The translations under genes were made by a program, and so were the position numbers. Positions 60,526 to 64,000 of a stretch of DNA of 64,000 nt are shown one piece after another; positions within the stretch are counted from its first letter, which is position 1; each line of letters begins with the position of its first letter. A model generated the notes under the pieces. The model worked only from the letters and a program-made list of their open reading frames with translations. It was not told where the DNA came from and ran no database searches. Origin of the DNA: a candidate division WWE3 bacterium RAAC2_WWE3_1 (lineage in GTDB: Bacteria; Patescibacteriota; WWE3; UBA101185; UBA10185); the NCBI GenBank assembly GCA_000503835.1, contig CP006914.1:239341-303340 (forward strand), in the 5' to 3' direction.

Positions 60526-61332
60526 ATGAGAAACAACTCACTAATGATAATATTTGGTGCCTTTTTGCTCGTAATTATAGGTGGAGGTCTATTCGCAATT
60601 TTGACTAAAGAAGGTGGTGGAACCGCAGTAAGCACTAATACAGTGGCCGACAAGGTAACCCGGCCTCAAATAACCGGCACACAGGAAACTCAAGTTGAGG
60701 ACAACCTTGTACCTGATGGCTGGAAATCTTATTCAAACGCGGACCTTAAGTTCTCGATAAACTATCCAAAAAATGTGTTCGTACAACAGGGTTCCTGCGA
60801 AAAAATCACTGAAGGAAGTGAAACGTCGTACAGGCCCAAACCCGCGGCGATACCTGTAAAAATATTTGAGGACGCCGACGGTATATTTATCGCCCCCGAA
60901 TATGTATACGAACTAACAGAACCTAAAACGCTTAACAACGTCACTTACTTCGGAGGATGCCGAAAAAAACCCAACACCTTAAGCGAACTTAAAACCACAC
61001 AAAAATCGTGGCACGTACTGGCAAAAACCGTCCCCGCCAAAGATGACCTTGAAAAATTTGTTAAGACACAGTTCGGCGCAGGTTGCTCAGTCGGAACTAT
61101 GACCAGCACCGCCGCGAACAACAAAGTGTACGACGTGAAAATCGAGGGAGACGGCTTGGAAATGCCTGAGACACTTTGTGGAATAAATTATATTTATGTT
61201 CTAAAGTACGTACCCGAAGCAAAAATGGTTTACACATACAATCTTGGCCAGGCATACAGCTTCTCAAAAGATCCGGGAGGATCCGAATATTACGATGAGG
61301 AAATGAACCAAAGTTTCCATCCTATATTCTAA
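60526..61332 (+). CDS. Hypothetical membrane-anchored secreted protein, 268 aa
   Basis: N-terminal TM (LMIIFGAFLLVIIGGGLFAIL); no motif. Confidence 0.4.
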   Translation: MRNNSLMIIFGAFLLVIIGGGLFAILTKEGGGTAVSTNTVADKVTRPQITGTQETQVEDNLVPDGWKSYSNADLKFSINYPKNVFVQQGSCEKITEGSETSYRPKPAAIPVKIFEDADGIFIAPEYVYELTEPKTLNNVTYFGGCRKKPNTLSELKTTQKSWHVLAKTVPAKDDLEKFVKTQFGAGCSVGTMTSTAANNKVYDVKIEGDGLEMPETLCGINYIYVLKYVPEAKMVYTYNLGQAYSFSKDPGGSEYYDEEMNQSFHPIF

Positions 61333-61372
61333 AAATACGTAATCCTCTGCCCACGGTATAATAGATAACGTT

Positions 61373-62758
61373 ATGTTTATCAGTAAAGACACGTTCTCTA
61401 AATTAAGTAATAGTTTTCACATGCCCCTACACGTCCTTGTCGGAGCTGTTTTGGGCTACTTGTTCTGGTATTTTCAGCCGGGGTTCGGTCTTTTACCGTC
61501 ATTATTATTAGGCGCCATTGGAGCCGTTATACCCGACGCCGACCATCTTTTTTATATCTACACGTACGGACACAAAACTGACTACGCCAAAAATCTCAGA
61601 TATTTTCTTAGGAATAAAGAATTGCGCGAGTTTCAAAGATTTGCCATAGAAAACCACAAGTTTAACACCGGCATTTACTCCCATAACCTGGTAACAGTTT
61701 TAATGGCCGTAATTTTTTTCTCATACTTCGCTTTAATTCAGGAAAATTACGGGGCGTCCATCTTTACTCTCGGAATGATTTCTCACTACTCTTACGATAT
61801 TTTCGAAGACTGGTTGCTTTTAGGCAGAATAAATCCTAACTGGTTCTTGTTATTTAAACGCGAAAAGATAAATACTCCGGTGTTTCTAAAAAAAGTGTTT
61901 CTTTTTGCCAAGCTGATTCGCTTTTTCCCGAACATTTTAAGTTCGTTTCCGTTGGTTTACGGATACTTTCTTGCAAATGATTTTAATCTCACACTAAAAG
62001 AAATAGGTTTTATTTTCTTAGCGACTTTCTTGTTTAGTCCGGTTTTTTACGGAGCAATTTATATTATGGATGACGTCCGCGACCTGGAGTCGGACAGGAA
62101 GCATCCTGTTAAAAGCCACGGGAGAGCTGTAGCTTCGGGAGAAATATCGGTAGCGGGTGCGCGTAGGATCCTTAAAATACTTCTTTTCTTTTCCTTCGTA
62201 TTTTCCTTGCTCTTATCCGACATCTTATTTTTATCTTTAACGGCGTTTTTGGTCATAAATTTACTTTATCTTTTTTTCTTAAGAAAAATTCCTGTTTCGG
62301 ACATTTTGATGACTACTGTTCTTCACTCCATGAAACTAATGACGGGTTTGGTACTGGCTTCGGCGTCCCCCTTAAATTTTCCCGCTATTATTATCACAGA
62401 TATACTGGCGTATTTAAGCATTGCCGCCGGTAAAAAGGTACGGGAACATAAAGAAGGCTACGCGCAAAACATGCTGGACACAAACTATGCCGATTATTTA
62501 ACTATTTTCCAATATCTGGTCTACGTTTTGTCTATTACCTATCTTTTTAGAACTTTCGAAGAACCCGGATTGTTTTACAGAATTGTTGTAATGGTCGTGG
62601 CTTTGTCGATGACGGTTTTGTACAAACCCAAAACCGCAATGAGATCCCTGGTGGATTTTTTGAGTTACGGAGACGACAGGGAAGGAACATTTACGCGGGT
62701 GTTTAATATAAAACTTTGGAAGAGGGCACCTAGACCGGCAGGACCGAAATCTCAATAA
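61373..62758 (+). CDS. Polytopic membrane protein with C-terminal UbiA-family prenyltransferase-like domain (N-terminal domain with His/Asp-rich membrane hydrolase-like motifs)
   Basis: Asp-rich UbiA first motif YIMDDVRDLESDRKHPVKS (NDxxDxxxD-like), flanked by multiple TM helices. The N-terminal ~170 aa carry HMPLH ... PDADH motifs. Confidence 0.45.
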   Translation: MFISKDTFSKLSNSFHMPLHVLVGAVLGYLFWYFQPGFGLLPSLLLGAIGAVIPDADHLFYIYTYGHKTDYAKNLRYFLRNKELREFQRFAIENHKFNTGIYSHNLVTVLMAVIFFSYFALIQENYGASIFTLGMISHYSYDIFEDWLLLGRINPNWFLLFKREKINTPVFLKKVFLFAKLIRFFPNILSSFPLVYGYFLANDFNLTLKEIGFIFLATFLFSPVFYGAIYIMDDVRDLESDRKHPVKSHGRAVASGEISVAGARRILKILLFFSFVFSLLLSDILFLSLTAFLVINLLYLFFLRKIPVSDILMTTVLHSMKLMTGLVLASASPLNFPAIIITDILAYLSIAAGKKVREHKEGYAQNMLDTNYADYLTIFQYLVYVLSITYLFRTFEEPGLFYRIVVMVVALSMTVLYKPKTAMRSLVDFLSYGDDREGTFTRVFNIKLWKRAPRPAGPKSQ

Positions 62759-63032
62759 TCTTTTCCCGGTCGTCATTTTCAGAGGTTCTATTATGTTTAG
62801 TCTCGCCGCACCTTTCACATTTGTGAACTATAAAGAACTCTCCGCGTTTTTTTACTATTCCCACAGGGCGCATCATGCCTTTGCAGAGGTTTGCACGGTC
62901 GCCCGGCATTATATCGATGTGTTCGCTGTAAAGACACTTCGGACAGTGGTTTGTATATCCGGTTCCGATAACAAAAGTTCCGCAATTGCGACATTTAAAA
63001 TCCTCTGTTTTCCTGGTAAAAGATAAAGACAT
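62730..63032 (-). CDS. Zinc-ribbon protein, RNHCP-domain-like, 100 aa
   Basis: CRNCG ... HCPKC ... CERCG cysteine pairs and an internal R-N-H-C-P (GYTNHCPKC) motif. Confidence 0.35.
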   Translation of the reverse strand: MSLSFTRKTEDFKCRNCGTFVIGTGYTNHCPKCLYSEHIDIMPGDRANLCKGMMRPVGIVKKRGEFFIVHKCERCGETKHNRTSENDDREKIIEISVLPV

Positions 63033-63034
63033 AA

Positions 63035-63940
63035 CTAGTTCATCAAAATATTAACAAACTCACCCGTCATTTTAGCGGCGTTCAAAAAGTTCTCGTAAGG
63101 CGCACGTTGGCTCATGAGACATACAATTAATTCTGATTCATTTGCATCCGTATATACAACACCGCAGTCGTGCCAGGAATCAGGCCAGCTGCCGATTTTA
63201 TGGGAAAAGGTTAAACCGTCCTTAAGGTAAGCGCTTACCCTGTCCTCGAATGATGTGTTTGTCATCAGGTCAGATAGATATTTTTTGTTGGCATCGTTCA
63301 AGTAGTTACCGAAGTAAAGTTTTTCAAAAACATAACCGATCTCGGCCGGCGTACTTAGGTTGTATCTATAGTAAGTGCTGGTGTTTTTGTCGGGAACAAT
63401 CTCGTTGAAAGTTTCCTGCACGTTTTTGTAACTTAAGGTCCTTAACAAAATATTCTGAGCAGTGTTATCACTGTTTTTTAATAGTTCGGACAGGATGTCA
63501 CTTATTTTTAGTTGAATTCCGTGAGAATAGGTCCCTATCACACCTGTACCTGAAGAGTAATCGTAAGGAAGGTATGTGGCGGTGTCGTCGAGTTTTAATT
63601 TTCCTGCCTCAACTTCTTTTAGTACTGCCGCACCGATAGGAACTTTATAAAGTGAGGCGGCGTAGAACTCTGTAGCGTCGTTATACTTGAATTCCCTCCC
63701 TGACCCGACGTCTTTTATGTAAAGTCCGTAAACGCCGGGCTCGATGGTCAATTTTTTCGCAAGCTCGGCAAATTGAGTCTCTACTTTGGTAAAGGTAACC
63801 TCGTCCTGAATAACAGGCTTGACGCTGATTCGGCCGCCGTTGTTACGCTGATAAACGACCTCCTGAATAAAGTTTCTTCCGAAAAGCTTTATGTTGAACT
63901 TGTCGCTCAGAACCAGGACAAAAAGCGTTGCAGCCGCCAA
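63035..63940 (-). CDS. Class A beta-lactamase-like serine hydrolase (membrane-anchored), 301 aa
   Basis: The SxxK motif is AASLYK, the SDN motif is KNSDNTAQ, and a KTG-like HKIGS follows. An N-terminal TM helix precedes the domain. Function (resistance versus peptidoglycan metabolism) is not inferable. Confidence 0.55.
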   Translation of the reverse strand: MAAATLFVLVLSDKFNIKLFGRNFIQEVVYQRNNGGRISVKPVIQDEVTFTKVETQFAELAKKLTIEPGVYGLYIKDVGSGREFKYNDATEFYAASLYKVPIGAAVLKEVEAGKLKLDDTATYLPYDYSSGTGVIGTYSHGIQLKISDILSELLKNSDNTAQNILLRTLSYKNVQETFNEIVPDKNTSTYYRYNLSTPAEIGYVFEKLYFGNYLNDANKKYLSDLMTNTSFEDRVSAYLKDGLTFSHKIGSWPDSWHDCGVVYTDANESELIVCLMSQRAPYENFLNAAKMTGEFVNILMN

Positions 63941-64000
63941 AACGGGTAAGAATATTAAGAGAAAATCGGTATCTCTGTTGTTTCCGCGCGGTCTTTGAGC

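Overview
This 64 kb window looks like a small-genome, gene-dense bacterium, probably Patescibacteria/CPR-like. That taxon call is inference from several cues: many short membrane-anchored hypotheticals, DUF2207 and SIMPL proteins, a giant surface protein, and eight tRNAs all carrying an encoded CCA.

It is organised as follows:

- **339-7576, plus strand:** a co-directional accessory cluster whose gene order and protein architectures resemble a minimal Gram-positive-type type IV secretion (T4SS-like) module. In order: a VirB2/TrbC-like two-helix pilin candidate, a VirB6/TrbL-like lipoprotein with many transmembrane (TM) helices, a VirB3-like small membrane protein, a VirB4/TraC-like P-loop ATPase, a VirB1-like membrane-anchored M23 cell-wall hydrolase, and a further polytopic membrane protein. 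No relaxase or coupling protein is visible.
- **7706-9061:** a divergent but clearly recognisable Rho termination factor, on its own transcript.
- **9658-17982, minus strand:** a 2774-aa giant surface protein with LamG/ConA-like lectin modules, two arrays of near-identical 41-aa SBBP-like beta-propeller repeats and Gly-rich segments, followed by a small coiled-coil gene.
- **18011-23100:** a VapBC (PIN/Phd) toxin-antitoxin pair, tRNA-Glu, a 2x36-bp perfect direct repeat, and tRNA-His. After tRNA-His sits a 2.3 kb islet carrying a nucleotidyltransferase, a GNAT acetyltransferase and a SAM methyltransferase, bounded by copies of the tRNA-His 3' end.
- **23100-54500, housekeeping:** YgjP-like hydrolase, cspA, DEAD-box helicase, bipA, dinB, rarA, map, leuS, rpmG (missed by the ORF track), rel, tgt, rsmI, a UvrD/HelD-family helicase, a GT39-like glycosyltransferase, PAP2, dgkA, and a MacAB-like ABC efflux system. 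This stretch also holds a 1203-aa secreted protein combining a beta-helix, a metallophosphatase domain, three FN3 domains and a CarbopepD-like domain.
- **54979-59673:** a cluster of six tRNAs (Arg, Lys, Leu-CAG, Leu-GAG, Gly, Phe) interleaved with tmk and small membrane proteins. The window ends with a class A beta-lactamase-like hydrolase.

Across the window, tRNA-Glu, tRNA-His and tRNA-Lys each have a partial duplicate of their own 3' end a short distance downstream, which reads as att-like scars of integration events. No CRISPR arrays, rRNA genes, integrases or transposases were seen.
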